Origin: an uncultured virus (IMG/VR IMGVR_UViG_3300046008_001858)
Taxonomy: Duplodnaviria; Heunggongvirae; Uroviricota; Caudoviricetes
Strand: one strand, 5' to 3'
IMG/VR virus record: IMGVR_UViG_3300046008_001858
DNA length: 64,000 nucleotides
Shown: positions 19,999 through 29,548 of the stretch, piece by piece
How positions within the stretch are numbered: position 1 is the stretch's first letter
Layout: each line of letters starts with the position of its first letter
Made by a program: the position numbers and the translations under genes
Notes under the pieces: generated by a model
Told to the model about the DNA's origin: nothing
What the model saw: the letters and a program-made list of their open reading frames with translations, nothing else
Database searches by the model: none

Positions 19999-20527
19999 TC
20001 AAGAATTATTAAGTAAAATAATTACCGTAGATTGTTATGAGATTGGTATTTCAAGAAACATGTTGAAATATCAATTGGTAGAAGGATGTCGAACTGAGAT
20101 TAACATCTATGAACTTATTCATAAATGTAAAGAATGGGCGATTTCAAAAGATTATTCTCTTTTAAGTGGGTTTGACAAAGAAACTAACATGCCAACATGT
20201 TTTATAAATTTAGGTTATGGAATAACTGAATGTAATATGGATGTTTGGTGGGATGAGGAATTTACAGCATCTACTGAAGAAGAAGCTATTATAATGGCTT
20301 GTGAATATATTTTAAAAATGATTGATAAAAAGCTATTAAGTGAAGTCCTTGAATGGCAATGGGAAGAGAAATACGACGGTTCTAGTATGGTAGGATATTC
20401 AGATGCTTGGAGAAATTTTCAAAAATTATCAGATGAATATTTTACAGAAGAAGAAGCTAACAAGAAATTTTATCATAGAGAATGTCAAATGAGATCAATA
20501 AAAGAAACAGAAAGGATTAGAAAATGA
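19991..20527 (+). CDS. Array paralogue 4, fused to a second chimeric module from 20318
   Basis: Complete unit, then MIDKKLLSEVL followed by an unrelated EWQWEEK tail. Confidence 0.88.
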   Translation: MISQELLSKIITVDCYEIGISRNMLKYQLVEGCRTEINIYELIHKCKEWAISKDYSLLSGFDKETNMPTCFINLGYGITECNMDVWWDEEFTASTEEEAIIMACEYILKMIDKKLLSEVLEWQWEEKYDGSSMVGYSDAWRNFQKLSDEYFTEEEANKKFYHRECQMRSIKETERIRK

Positions 20528-20889
20528 TTAATAAAAAATTATTCGAAACTGTTATTGGGTTTGAAGTAGTTGAATTTGAACAAAATATCAATACAATACG
20601 ATATTATCCAGCTTCATATCCAAGGGCGAAATGTATTGATTGGAAACCTGATTTAATAAGTATTAATATTTATGAATTAGCGCACAAGTGTAAAGAATGG
20701 GCTAAAAATTTAGAGTATGATTTATATAGTTCTTGTAATGGAATTTGTGCCTTATCTTTTGGTGAATATAGAGGTGTTTGGAATAATTTTCCAACAGCAG
20801 AATTTTATGTTAAAGACAACGAATTAGAATCTATATTTGAAGCATGTGAATTTATTATAGATAATAAAAAAGGAGTAAAAAATGATTAG
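20524..20889 (+). CDS. Array paralogue 5
   Basis: Three conserved motifs present. Confidence 0.9.
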   Translation: MINKKLFETVIGFEVVEFEQNINTIRYYPASYPRAKCIDWKPDLISINIYELAHKCKEWAKNLEYDLYSSCNGICALSFGEYRGVWNNFPTAEFYVKDNELESIFEACEFIIDNKKGVKND

Positions 20890-21277
20890 TAATGAATTAT
20901 TAAGTGCAATATTAGGTAAAAATTGTATTGTCAATCAAATTATTGATACAAATATTCAATATCAAGCGTGGACAACAGTGTCAGAAGAAGACTCAAAAAG
21001 ATTTAATCCTCCATTAGAAAGTGGATATGAATTATTTGAACATATTAATATTTATGAACTTGCTCACAAGGCTAAACAATGGGCCTTGAATAATGGGTAT
21101 TTCTCAATAACAATGTTTAGAGCAGATGAATTATTTTCTTGTGATATTGGACCTACTTCTAGTGGCGAGTGGGATAGATGGGAAGAGTGCTTTATTGAAG
21201 AAACTGAAAATGAAGCTATTTTTAAAGCTTGTCAATTTATATTAGATGAACAAAAAGGACAGAACTTAAATGATTAG
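20882..21277 (+). CDS. Array paralogue 6
   Basis: Three conserved motifs present. Confidence 0.9.
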   Translation: MISNELLSAILGKNCIVNQIIDTNIQYQAWTTVSEEDSKRFNPPLESGYELFEHINIYELAHKAKQWALNNGYFSITMFRADELFSCDIGPTSSGEWDRWEECFIEETENEAIFKACQFILDEQKGQNLND

Positions 21278-21644
21278 TAAAAATTTATTTCAAGCTGTTA
21301 TATTAGATCCTCAAGAAAAAGATCTTGAGATGCATAATGATCCAGTAATAATTTATGGTCCATACAATTCTTTGGTTGTGTCATATAAATTTGGTTATAG
21401 AGGTTATTATCCAAAAGGATTTGATCAAACAATTAATATTTATGAATTAGCTCATAAATGTAAAGAATATGCAATGAATAATGACTATTGTTTAAATTCA
21501 TTTACAGATTATAATGGAACATGGTTTTCATATGCTAATAATGTAGGTAGCGCCAAACAATTTTCAGCAGAAACTGAATATGAAGCTATTTTTAAAGCCT
21601 GTCAATTTATATTAGATGAACAAAAAGGACTGGAAAATGAATAA
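21270..21644 (+). CDS. Array paralogue 7
   Basis: Three conserved motifs present. Confidence 0.9.
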   Translation: MISKNLFQAVILDPQEKDLEMHNDPVIIYGPYNSLVVSYKFGYRGYYPKGFDQTINIYELAHKCKEYAMNNDYCLNSFTDYNGTWFSYANNVGSAKQFSAETEYEAIFKACQFILDEQKGLENE

Positions 21645-21701
21645 TAAAACTAAATTTAAATTGCATTTAGGCTTTATTTGGAGCTATAAAAGGAATAAAC
21701 A

Positions 21702-22343
21702 ATGAAAGCATTAGAAATTGCTGAGCTTGAAGAAGAACTAAAAACTTTAAAATCAGATTTAGAAGAAACTAAATCAAGACATATATATCTAAAACATATC
21801 GAAGGAGAAGCAGAGTTGCTTCATAATCTTCTTGATAAAGCCAAAGAAGATTATAAATCTTTGGATCTTGATTATAGAAAGCAAGTTGATCTAGCAATGT
21901 CATTATCATATGAAATTGAAACACTAAAAACAACAGAGTTTAATAGAGGTGTAAAGGAATGTTTTGATTTTATAACTGGAATCGCTGCAAATACAGATGA
22001 TATTATTAAATCTACTATTATTCAAGATACAGCAGAATATATGCTTGAAACATTGTCGCCAACATTTCATATAAAATGGAAAGATATCTTAGAATTACAA
22101 AAACAATTAGAAGTAATGAAAACAAAATGTGAAGAAATAAACAAATTGAGACAAGTACCAAAAAACTGTGAATCTTGTAAATATAAAGTTATTGGTTCTG
22201 AAGAATGCAATAATATTTTAATGCAACAATCTTGGTTTTCTGAAACAGATGCAGATGTAGTTTATGAAACATTTAAAATACCATGCTCAGGGTTCTATTG
22301 TAGTCAACATGAAACAAAAAGTGAGGGGAATAAAAATGATTAG
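21702..22343 (+). CDS. Coiled-coil protein with C-terminal Cys cluster
   Basis: MKALEIAELE, KNCESCKY; related to 23069. Confidence 0.8.
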   Translation: MKALEIAELEEELKTLKSDLEETKSRHIYLKHIEGEAELLHNLLDKAKEDYKSLDLDYRKQVDLAMSLSYEIETLKTTEFNRGVKECFDFITGIAANTDDIIKSTIIQDTAEYMLETLSPTFHIKWKDILELQKQLEVMKTKCEEINKLRQVPKNCESCKYKVIGSEECNNILMQQSWFSETDADVVYETFKIPCSGFYCSQHETKSEGNKND

Positions 22344-22725
22344 TAAAGAATTGTTAAGCAAACTATTAAATAAAAAAGTAACAGAAGTAAGTACTTCAGA
22401 TCGAGAAGCAAGGGAACGAGGTTATCACACTATATCTGGTATTTTTATAATATTTGAAGATAATAGAGATGTTATGATTAATATCTATGAACTTGCTCAT
22501 AAGTGCAAAGAGTGGGCATTCATAAATGGATTTGTTCTATCAAGCTATAAACAATTTGAAGATGATAATGAACCAATTCATTGGATTTGTGAATGGTATT
22601 CTAATGAATCAAAAGTATGTTTTGAATGTTCTTCACATGAATATTCATGGAAAGAAGCTTCTTCAGAACCAGCAGCAATATTTAAAGCATGCCAATGGAT
22701 ATTGGATAATAAGGATAGTAAATGA
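22336..22725 (+). CDS. Array paralogue 8
   Basis: True start MISKELL at 22336 (GAGGGG RBS); three motifs. Confidence 0.9.
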   Translation: MISKELLSKLLNKKVTEVSTSDREARERGYHTISGIFIIFEDNRDVMINIYELAHKCKEWAFINGFVLSSYKQFEDDNEPIHWICEWYSNESKVCFECSSHEYSWKEASSEPAAIFKACQWILDNKDSK

Positions 22726-23066
22726 TTAGCAAAGAATTACTAGGTGAAGTTTTAAATCGCCCTATCAATGAAATTAACTACAAAAATGAAGGTGTATTTG
22801 CTACAACTATAAGATATTGGGAAACACCAAATCATCTAGCAATGCCTAATCTAATTAATATCTACGAACTTGCTCATAAATGTAAAGAATGGTCAATGAA
22901 ACATGATTATTCTTTAAATTCATTTTTAGATTATAACGGAGTTTGGTTCTCATATGCTAATAACGTAATAGCTGGAAATGCTAAGCAATTTACTGACGTT
23001 ACAGAATATGAAGCTATTTTTAAAGCTTGTCAATACATCTTAGACACTCTAACTGAATTGGAGTAA
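22722..23066 (+). CDS. Array paralogue 9
   Basis: Three conserved motifs present. Confidence 0.9.
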   Translation: MISKELLGEVLNRPINEINYKNEGVFATTIRYWETPNHLAMPNLINIYELAHKCKEWSMKHDYSLNSFLDYNGVWFSYANNVIAGNAKQFTDVTEYEAIFKACQYILDTLTELE

Positions 23067-23068
23067 GA

Positions 23069-23404
23069 ATGAACGCATTAATGAACGCATTAAAAATACT
23101 AAAACAAGTGTCTGCTAATAAGATTCCTACATTTTATACAACACAAGAATTTGTTACATATGTAAATGAAGTAAATGAAGCAATTGCAGAACTTGAAGAT
23201 TTAGAATTAAATTATAACAGACAAGTTAATTCAGCTAAGTTACAATCTTCTGAACTACAAGAACAGAAAACTTGTAATAAATGCATTTATGCTATTCATT
23301 GTGAAGAAACAGATGAATACAGCTACAATCATAAAGATCAAAACTGTAAAGACTGCTACAGAAGCGGATGGACAGATAACTACAATACAGGAGAACAAAA
23401 ATGA
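23069..23404 (+). CDS. Coiled-coil protein with Cys cluster
   Basis: AIAELEDLELNYNRQV, KTCNKCIY. Confidence 0.8.
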   Translation: MNALMNALKILKQVSANKIPTFYTTQEFVTYVNEVNEAIAELEDLELNYNRQVNSAKLQSSELQEQKTCNKCIYAIHCEETDEYSYNHKDQNCKDCYRSGWTDNYNTGEQK

Positions 23405-23865
23405 GAGAAATTAGAATGAGTGGTGAAGATATATCAGATCTTAAAAGTGGTGTTAAGTTTATATTAGAAAATCCTCAATATAATAAAGAAAATAAAACAA
23501 AAATCACACATATTAAGATTGATAAAAATATCTTAACAGCATATTCATTGCCTGATAGCGACTTTTTTAAAACGCATAAGGATTATAAAGATTTCGCATT
23601 AAGCTTTCCTATTTCAATCGATACATTTACGTCCATGGCCAGCGAATGGTTTGAAAGCGCTCAAATTCCTTTAGAAGTAGAAGAACCAGATAATGACGGG
23701 ACAACAAAAGAGGGTTTTATTTTAATATATGGAAAGGATTGGGGGTCTTTTGATTGGCAATGTGATTTTGGTCAAGATTCATATGGTAATGACAATACTG
23801 TTATTAAAATGGATAATATATATTCAATAATGATCATTAAAAATTATCAAGTCTATGGAAAATAA
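23401..23865 (+). CDS. Hypothetical protein
   Basis: AGGAG RBS, coupled to previous gene. Confidence 0.8.
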   Translation: MREIRMSGEDISDLKSGVKFILENPQYNKENKTKITHIKIDKNILTAYSLPDSDFFKTHKDYKDFALSFPISIDTFTSMASEWFESAQIPLEVEEPDNDGTTKEGFILIYGKDWGSFDWQCDFGQDSYGNDNTVIKMDNIYSIMIIKNYQVYGK

Positions 23866-23982
23866 TTTAAATATTTTTTAATTTTAAATAAAGTAAATTT
23901 TAGTTAAAATTATATAAACAAAAAACATGAGCCTGAAAGGCATCGTAGATGGGTGCCAAGTGCAGCGAAGGGGAATTTTAAA

Positions 23983-24360
23983 ATGATTTCAATAGAATTA
24001 TTAGGTGAAGTACTAGGTAAAAGAGTAATTGAAATAATTAAAGATCAAAGTAATATACAAATATTACCTGTTGTGGTAATCGAAGTATTTGAGCGAAGAG
24101 GTTTGAACTTAGCAAGAGAAGAGGAACATTGTTTCAACATCTACGAACTTGCTCATAAATGTAAAGAATGGGCTAATAAAAAAGGATATATTTTATCTTC
24201 AACATTACATAATAATCAAGGATATTGTGAAATAAAAAAAGAAACACCTGAGAGAATTAAATCAATTGCTTGGTGTCCAATGGATTTCAATACAGAAGTT
24301 GAAGCTATTTTTAGTGCTTGCCAATATATTCTTGATAATCAATCAAAAGTTGAGGAATAA
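23983..24360 (+). CDS. Array paralogue 10
   Basis: True start MISIELLGEVL; three motifs. Confidence 0.9.
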   Translation: MISIELLGEVLGKRVIEIIKDQSNIQILPVVVIEVFERRGLNLAREEEHCFNIYELAHKCKEWANKKGYILSSTLHNNQGYCEIKKETPERIKSIAWCPMDFNTEVEAIFSACQYILDNQSKVEE

Positions 24361-24365
24361 ATCAA

Positions 24366-24698
24366 ATGAATGGTGTAAATAGACTAACTGATTTAATAAA
24401 TGATTGTTTACTTGAACCTTATGTTCATAATCAAATTTCTGCGGCAATAGAAGAAATTCAAAAACAGTTAGTAGAACATAGCAAGATTGCTGAGCGTACA
24501 TTATCTATTGGGGCAGACGAGGGTTGGTTTGAATGGAAAGATGAGAGTGACGGTGCTTATATTTCGTTACATAAAGATCTAGAAAAAATTAGAGATTTGA
24601 AAGAAGTGCAAGATTATATAAGACTTCAAAATATGTATATTGATTCATTAAAATTAAAAATTACAGATTTAAGTGAACACGAAAGGAATAAAAAATGA
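24366..24698 (+). CDS. Hypothetical protein
   Basis: GAGGA RBS, in operon. Confidence 0.75.
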   Translation: MNGVNRLTDLINDCLLEPYVHNQISAAIEEIQKQLVEHSKIAERTLSIGADEGWFEWKDESDGAYISLHKDLEKIRDLKEVQDYIRLQNMYIDSLKLKITDLSEHERNKK

Positions 24699-25027
24699 TT
24701 AGTCAAGATCTTCTTAGTGAAATATTAAATGTAGATTGTTACGAGGTTGGTGTTTCAAAAAATATATTTACGTATCAATTAGTAAAAGGATGTAAAAGCG
24801 AAATTAATATTTATGAACTTGTTCATAAATGCAAAGAATGGGCCATGAGTAAAGGATTTATAGTTCTTACATATGGTGAAGCTTATTACAATGTAGATGT
24901 CCATTACCATAGTAATAAATCAAAATTTGGCAATTTAGCTTTTAGTGACACTGCACAAGAAGAACCTGAAGCAATGTTTAAAGGTTGTCAATATATTCTA
25001 GATCAAATTAAAGTATTAAAAATTTAA
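24695..25027 (+). CDS. Array paralogue 11
   Basis: Three conserved motifs present. Confidence 0.9.
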   Translation: MISQDLLSEILNVDCYEVGVSKNIFTYQLVKGCKSEINIYELVHKCKEWAMSKGFIVLTYGEAYYNVDVHYHSNKSKFGNLAFSDTAQEEPEAMFKGCQYILDQIKVLKI

Positions 25028-25042
25028 ATTAAGGGGAAAACA

Positions 25043-25486
25043 ATGATAACTAAAGAACTATTTGAATTAATTACAGGAATTTTTGTTGATCCAACAAAAA
25101 AGTTTAAACCAAAAATAAAAAATAACATTTTAAAAATAAGTGTTGTTACAGAATGGTTTACAGAGAAAGATATCGGCGAAGAAATTGATCAAGAAGAATA
25201 TAATGAAATGATTGAAGAATACGGAGTTGCCTGGGCCGTTTGTGAAGTAAAATCTTTTAACATGTATGAATTAGTTCATAAATGCAAAGTATTCGCTGAA
25301 GCTAAAGGTTGGGGCACTAAAATGGCATATTTCAATGACGTTTGTTCAACTGTAACTTTATTTGATATCTATTGGTCTCCGTCAAAAAAGAAAGAATATA
25401 CATTTGAAGACGAAGATGAAGTTGAGGCCATGTTTAAAGCGTGTCAATGGATTATAAATACAAATAACGCTGCAAGAGACATATAA
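25043..25486 (+). CDS. Array paralogue 12
   Basis: MITKELF / NMYELVHKCK / EAMFKACQWII. Confidence 0.9.
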   Translation: MITKELFELITGIFVDPTKKFKPKIKNNILKISVVTEWFTEKDIGEEIDQEEYNEMIEEYGVAWAVCEVKSFNMYELVHKCKVFAEAKGWGTKMAYFNDVCSTVTLFDIYWSPSKKKEYTFEDEDEVEAMFKACQWIINTNNAARDI

Positions 25487-25508
25487 AACAAAAAAAGGAT
25501 GGATTAAA

Positions 25509-25895
25509 ATGTTAATTATAGATTTAGAATTAGAAACTTATAAAGAAAAATATGAATTTATCACTAAGAGCCTTTGTTCTCTTGATAGAAATAAAGGTAT
25601 TGGAATTTATCTTGTTCCAAAAGTAGATATTATTTATACAAATGAAAAGATAAAATATGAAGAAGATTTTGAAGCAATTGACGATTGTATTAATGCTATT
25701 AAAAATTTCGCAATTGAAGATTTATATTATGTTTCTGCATATGAAGCTGAAAACTTTTTTATCTTAAAAAATAAAACATATCAAAAAGTTTCAAAAATTG
25801 AAGATGCAAGAGATTTTATGTATAAAACAGTATCTTTTGATTTAAGTAATTTTGATACGAAAGATTGTGTATTAATTTTTGATTTAAATCATTAA
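25509..25895 (+). CDS. Hypothetical protein
   Basis: ORF with RBS. Confidence 0.75.
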   Translation: MLIIDLELETYKEKYEFITKSLCSLDRNKGIGIYLVPKVDIIYTNEKIKYEEDFEAIDDCINAIKNFAIEDLYYVSAYEAENFFILKNKTYQKVSKIEDARDFMYKTVSFDLSNFDTKDCVLIFDLNH

Positions 25896-25916
25896 TTTCC
25901 CTTTAGAGGGATATAG

Positions 25917-26269
25917 TTTTAATTAAAAAACTATATCTAAGATGCTGCAAAATTTACTCCTAAAAAGGAGTATATTCTTCTTTAGCTATTGAATATGGAT
26001 CTATATCCCCATAATTTTTAACTATAAATTCTAAAGGTATTTTTTTATTTGAAGCCCAGTAACAAAAGTAATTACTTGTTATTAACCCAACTCTCTGTAT
26101 CTTATCAAACTTTGAATTTTCTTTATTTTCCGTTTCAATAAAATCTAAGAATTCATCCGTCAATAGAATAATATCTCCATGATTTACATTGATCTTTATT
26201 CCTGAATTTAGTGTAATTTCCATTACATATCCTTTTTAATTAAAAAACTATATCTAAGATGCTGCAAAA
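25917..26269. repeat. Perfect 36-bp direct repeat (25917..25952, 26234..26269) flanking one small gene
   Basis: TTTTAATTAAAAAACTATATCTAAGATGCTGCAAAA twice. Confidence 0.9.
25960..26223 (-). CDS. Hypothetical protein
   Basis: AAGGA RBS. Confidence 0.7.
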   Translation of the reverse strand: MEITLNSGIKINVNHGDIILLTDEFLDFIETENKENSKFDKIQRVGLITSNYFCYWASNKKIPLEFIVKNYGDIDPYSIAKEEYTPF

Positions 26270-26707
26270 ACAACAAACATCTTTTTTGTGAATCAAATCA
26301 ACACCATAAGTAACATCTAGCGTATCTGTATCATTAATGATAATGTAGCTGTCAGTTCCAATAATTCCTTGACTTAAAATATCTCCGAGTTTGAAAATAA
26401 CTGATTTTCCTAGTGGTAAATTAACTATTTCAATAAATGAATAATCAGGTCTTTGACCTAACTCAAAAATTGTTTTATCTAAAATACTACTTTCAGCAGA
26501 TTTTTCAGAAAAATAGATATTTTCTTCCTTAATATTATTAAATTTATAAATATCATCTACTTCAAGACTATATTTATTATTCTTAAACATACGATCTAAC
26601 CCAAGAGTTACATTCATAACTTTGCCTTTTAAAACTTCGTTATTACTAACAAAGAAAACTTCTGAGCCTATATTAATATAGCGCAATGCTGTTTTTTCAA
26701 AATTCAT
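26240..26707 (-). CDS. Hypothetical protein
   Basis: Coupled to paralogue 13. Confidence 0.75.
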   Translation of the reverse strand: MNFEKTALRYINIGSEVFFVSNNEVLKGKVMNVTLGLDRMFKNNKYSLEVDDIYKFNNIKEENIYFSEKSAESSILDKTIFELGQRPDYSFIEIVNLPLGKSVIFKLGDILSQGIIGTDSYIIINDTDTLDVTYGVDLIHKKDVCCFCSILDIVF

Positions 26708-27117
26708 TTTGTTTCCTTATTATCTAAAATCCATTGACAAGCTTTAAATATTGCTTCTGGCTCTGTATCACATATAAATTCATTAGTTAATGTATTTGCT
26801 GGATTACCAGTATAAACATACCCTATTGCTTCCCAATCGTCTGTATAATCTGATTGATTATCTGATAATGATATTTTTTTCCATGATCTATGGTTTTTTG
26901 AAACAATCATTCCATTATTTTTGTAAGCCCATTCTTTACACTTATGAGCAAACTCATAAATATTTATTTCATTGTGTTCAGACATTCTATCCCAACAAAT
27001 ATAACTTGTTGATTGAGTATCATCTATCCAAAGTCTTTCTTCTGTTAAAATATCTCCACAATAATATGTACCAATTTTAACTCCCATTACAGAACTAAAT
27101 AATTCTTTCGTAATCAT
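26704..27117 (-). CDS. Array paralogue 13 (opposite strand)
   Basis: MITKELF / INIYEFAHKCKEWA / TEPEAIFKACQWIL. Confidence 0.9.
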   Translation of the reverse strand: MITKELFSSVMGVKIGTYYCGDILTEERLWIDDTQSTSYICWDRMSEHNEINIYEFAHKCKEWAYKNNGMIVSKNHRSWKKISLSDNQSDYTDDWEAIGYVYTGNPANTLTNEFICDTEPEAIFKACQWILDNKETK

Positions 27118-27127
27118 CTCAAAGCCT

Positions 27128-27427
27128 TTACTTAAACATATTTTTAAAAGCTGTTAATAAAGAACAACCTTTTTGATCAGCAAAACTTTTTTGTTTTGCA
27201 CCAACATTTACTTTATACCAATCAGGCATAGCACTCAAAACAGTAACTTCACCACTTTTTAATGAATCAAAATCTTTTGAATCAATAATTAAATCTCGTG
27301 AAAAAGCATGATTACTACAAATAATAGTTTCTTTGCAATAAAATGTATTCAAAACATTCTTTTTATCGAGAACAATCTCAATAACCTCAATAACACCTTC
27401 AAACCCTTTAATGGATAAAGTCTCCAT
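27128..27427 (-). CDS. Hypothetical protein
   Basis: AAGGAG RBS. Confidence 0.7.
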   Translation of the reverse strand: METLSIKGFEGVIEVIEIVLDKKNVLNTFYCKETIICSNHAFSRDLIIDSKDFDSLKSGEVTVLSAMPDWYKVNVGAKQKSFADQKGCSLLTAFKNMFK

Positions 27428-27566
27428 AATAACTCCTTTTAAATAATTTCATTAACTGAAATATAATTTGTTATATTGCCCAACAATGATAATTTAAAAG
27501 ATATTTATTTTCAGCTAGTATTAATTAAATACTAGCTATTATTATATAAAATAAGAGGGTATTCAA

Positions 27567-27950
27567 ATGGAAATCAAACTAGAAGTAGCAAATATCAAAG
27601 ATTTTTTAAGTGTTTTAGAAAATTTTATGAATGAAAAAAGTATAAATAAAGATCAACTAAAAATTGATAATAAATCAATTGAATCATTTAAAGCAACAAT
27701 TGCAAAAGAATATTCAACTGAAGAAATAATTCAAATGAATTCAAAAATATTTTTATCAGAAGCTTGTGTTAAAAAATTAGATATGTATTACTGCGGCTGG
27801 GAATGTGATATTGAATCTTGGATTTTAGAAGATGGAAGAATGTTTACGACAAATCATGGAAGTATTTCTGAATTTAGAAAAGAAGATTTTGATTTGTATA
27901 AAAAAGGAATAATTGATTATGCAGAATCTTTAAAAAATATTGTATATTAA
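27567..27950 (+). CDS. Hypothetical protein
   Basis: GAGGG RBS. Confidence 0.75.
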   Translation: MEIKLEVANIKDFLSVLENFMNEKSINKDQLKIDNKSIESFKATIAKEYSTEEIIQMNSKIFLSEACVKKLDMYYCGWECDIESWILEDGRMFTTNHGSISEFRKEDFDLYKKGIIDYAESLKNIVY

Positions 27951-27971
27951 TTAAACAAAAAAGGATTATTC

Positions 27972-28538
27972 ATGAAATTTTTAAAAACAATCTATAATGA
28001 TAGACTTAATATAGCACACATGACTAAGTTTAGTGTAAAAAAAGGTGATTTTGATATAGAAAAATTATATTGTTGTTGTTCTAACGGTAGCGAGTATACT
28101 TGTTTTAATTTTGATCAAGGTATAAATATAAATTATGATAAATTTATTACATTTATTTTTGAAGAAATAGAAAAGAGTTCAGAAACAATTTTTTGTATAA
28201 AAGAGTTGTTTCGTAATTATATTCAAGAAACAGAATATGCTGCTTATTCAGAAATAGATTCTTTTATTGATACAATAGTTGTACAGACATATAAATTAAA
28301 GGATCAAAAAGATGTTAGAATTAATAAACTTATTAATGAATATATACCAACTTTAAAGTCTCAATTTCTTATAATGAGTGAAAATGAACGTGAAATACAA
28401 TATCCTTCATTTATATCTATTTTAGAGGAATCTAAAAAAGAAATTGAATTAAAAATTGAAGAAGAATCTAAAGAAACGTCGCATTTATTTTCTAGACAAA
28501 TTTCAATTATTCAAAGTATTGTATTTCAAAAAAAATGA
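27972..28538 (+). CDS. Hypothetical protein
   Basis: AAGGA RBS. Confidence 0.75.
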   Translation: MKFLKTIYNDRLNIAHMTKFSVKKGDFDIEKLYCCCSNGSEYTCFNFDQGININYDKFITFIFEEIEKSSETIFCIKELFRNYIQETEYAAYSEIDSFIDTIVVQTYKLKDQKDVRINKLINEYIPTLKSQFLIMSENEREIQYPSFISILEESKKEIELKIEEESKETSHLFSRQISIIQSIVFQKK

Positions 28539-28604
28539 TTTGTTTTATATAATTAAAATTAACCAGCAAGCATTAGCTTTAGCTACGAATATAAGGAAAA
28601 ATAA

Positions 28605-28994
28605 ATGAAAGATCCAGAAATATTAGTATTTGTATATGGTACATTAAAAAAAGGCTTTTCAAATGATAAATTTTTAGAATCAAGTGAATTTATTGGAAAA
28701 GCTTATACAAAAAATAAATTTCCAATGTATATATATAAGAATGGACCATATCCATTTCCTTATATGTTAAATAAAATAGGTGAAAATAAAATTATTGGCG
28801 AAGTATATAAAATTTCGAAAGAAACATTAGAAAAATTAGATTGGCTTGAAGGTTGTCCAGATTTTTATTTTAGAAAAGAAATTAAAGTAATTGTTGACAC
28901 TAAAGATGAAGAAACAATTATGACAGCATTCTGTTATTTTTTAACAAAAGAAAATGAACCATTTGACCAAATGCCTATTCCAGAATTTAATTAA
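28605..28994 (+). CDS. Gamma-glutamylcyclotransferase (AIG2/GGCT-like)
   Basis: VFVYGTLKKG, IIGEVY, LDWLEG. Confidence 0.88.
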   Translation: MKDPEILVFVYGTLKKGFSNDKFLESSEFIGKAYTKNKFPMYIYKNGPYPFPYMLNKIGENKIIGEVYKISKETLEKLDWLEGCPDFYFRKEIKVIVDTKDEETIMTAFCYFLTKENEPFDQMPIPEFN

Positions 28995-29076
28995 AAAATG
29001 AGAATAAAAAATGAAAGTTGATAGTATTTTTTCTATAATGAATCTTAGTTAATAAATATATTTCTTCTTTTAGAAA

Positions 29077-29475
29077 TCATTTTTCAACAAAATATTTTTT
29101 AATAATATAATTTGCAATATCTAAAATTAAAATAGTAAGAATAAATCCTGTGATCATAACATAGATATTATGTTCTTCAATTGAGCATTGTTTTGATAAA
29201 AACAATGGCATAAAAATTAACCATCCATAAATAGCTCTAAAATTAAACTTAAATGTAAATTTTATTTTTTCTATATAAGAAATAATTAACATTATAGATA
29301 TAAATGCTATGCCAGCTCCATAATTTATCATTTCTTTTCTTGATAAATCATCTGTAAAAAATTTACTTAAAAAATAAATTGCTATTAATATAAATAGTGG
29401 TTTAATTAATTTATCTATTTTTTCTTTACAAGATAAATTACATTTATTATTATCATTTTTACATGTATCATTCAT
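29077..29475 (-). CDS. Membrane protein
   Basis: AAGGAG RBS; ~4 TM segments. Confidence 0.7.
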   Translation of the reverse strand: MNDTCKNDNNKCNLSCKEKIDKLIKPLFILIAIYFLSKFFTDDLSRKEMINYGAGIAFISIMLIISYIEKIKFTFKFNFRAIYGWLIFMPLFLSKQCSIEEHNIYVMITGFILTILILDIANYIIKKYFVEK

Positions 29476-29548
29476 TTTATTAACTCCTTATTTAGATTTA
29501 TATTATAACATAAAACCTAAAAGATATAGACAGGCCGTAGCCTGCTCT

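Noticed and set aside
18958..27117. Diversity-generating retroelement or integron explaining the array
   Set aside because: No reverse transcriptase or adenine-specific TR/VR pair; genes overlap, leaving no room for attC sites; no integrase in the window
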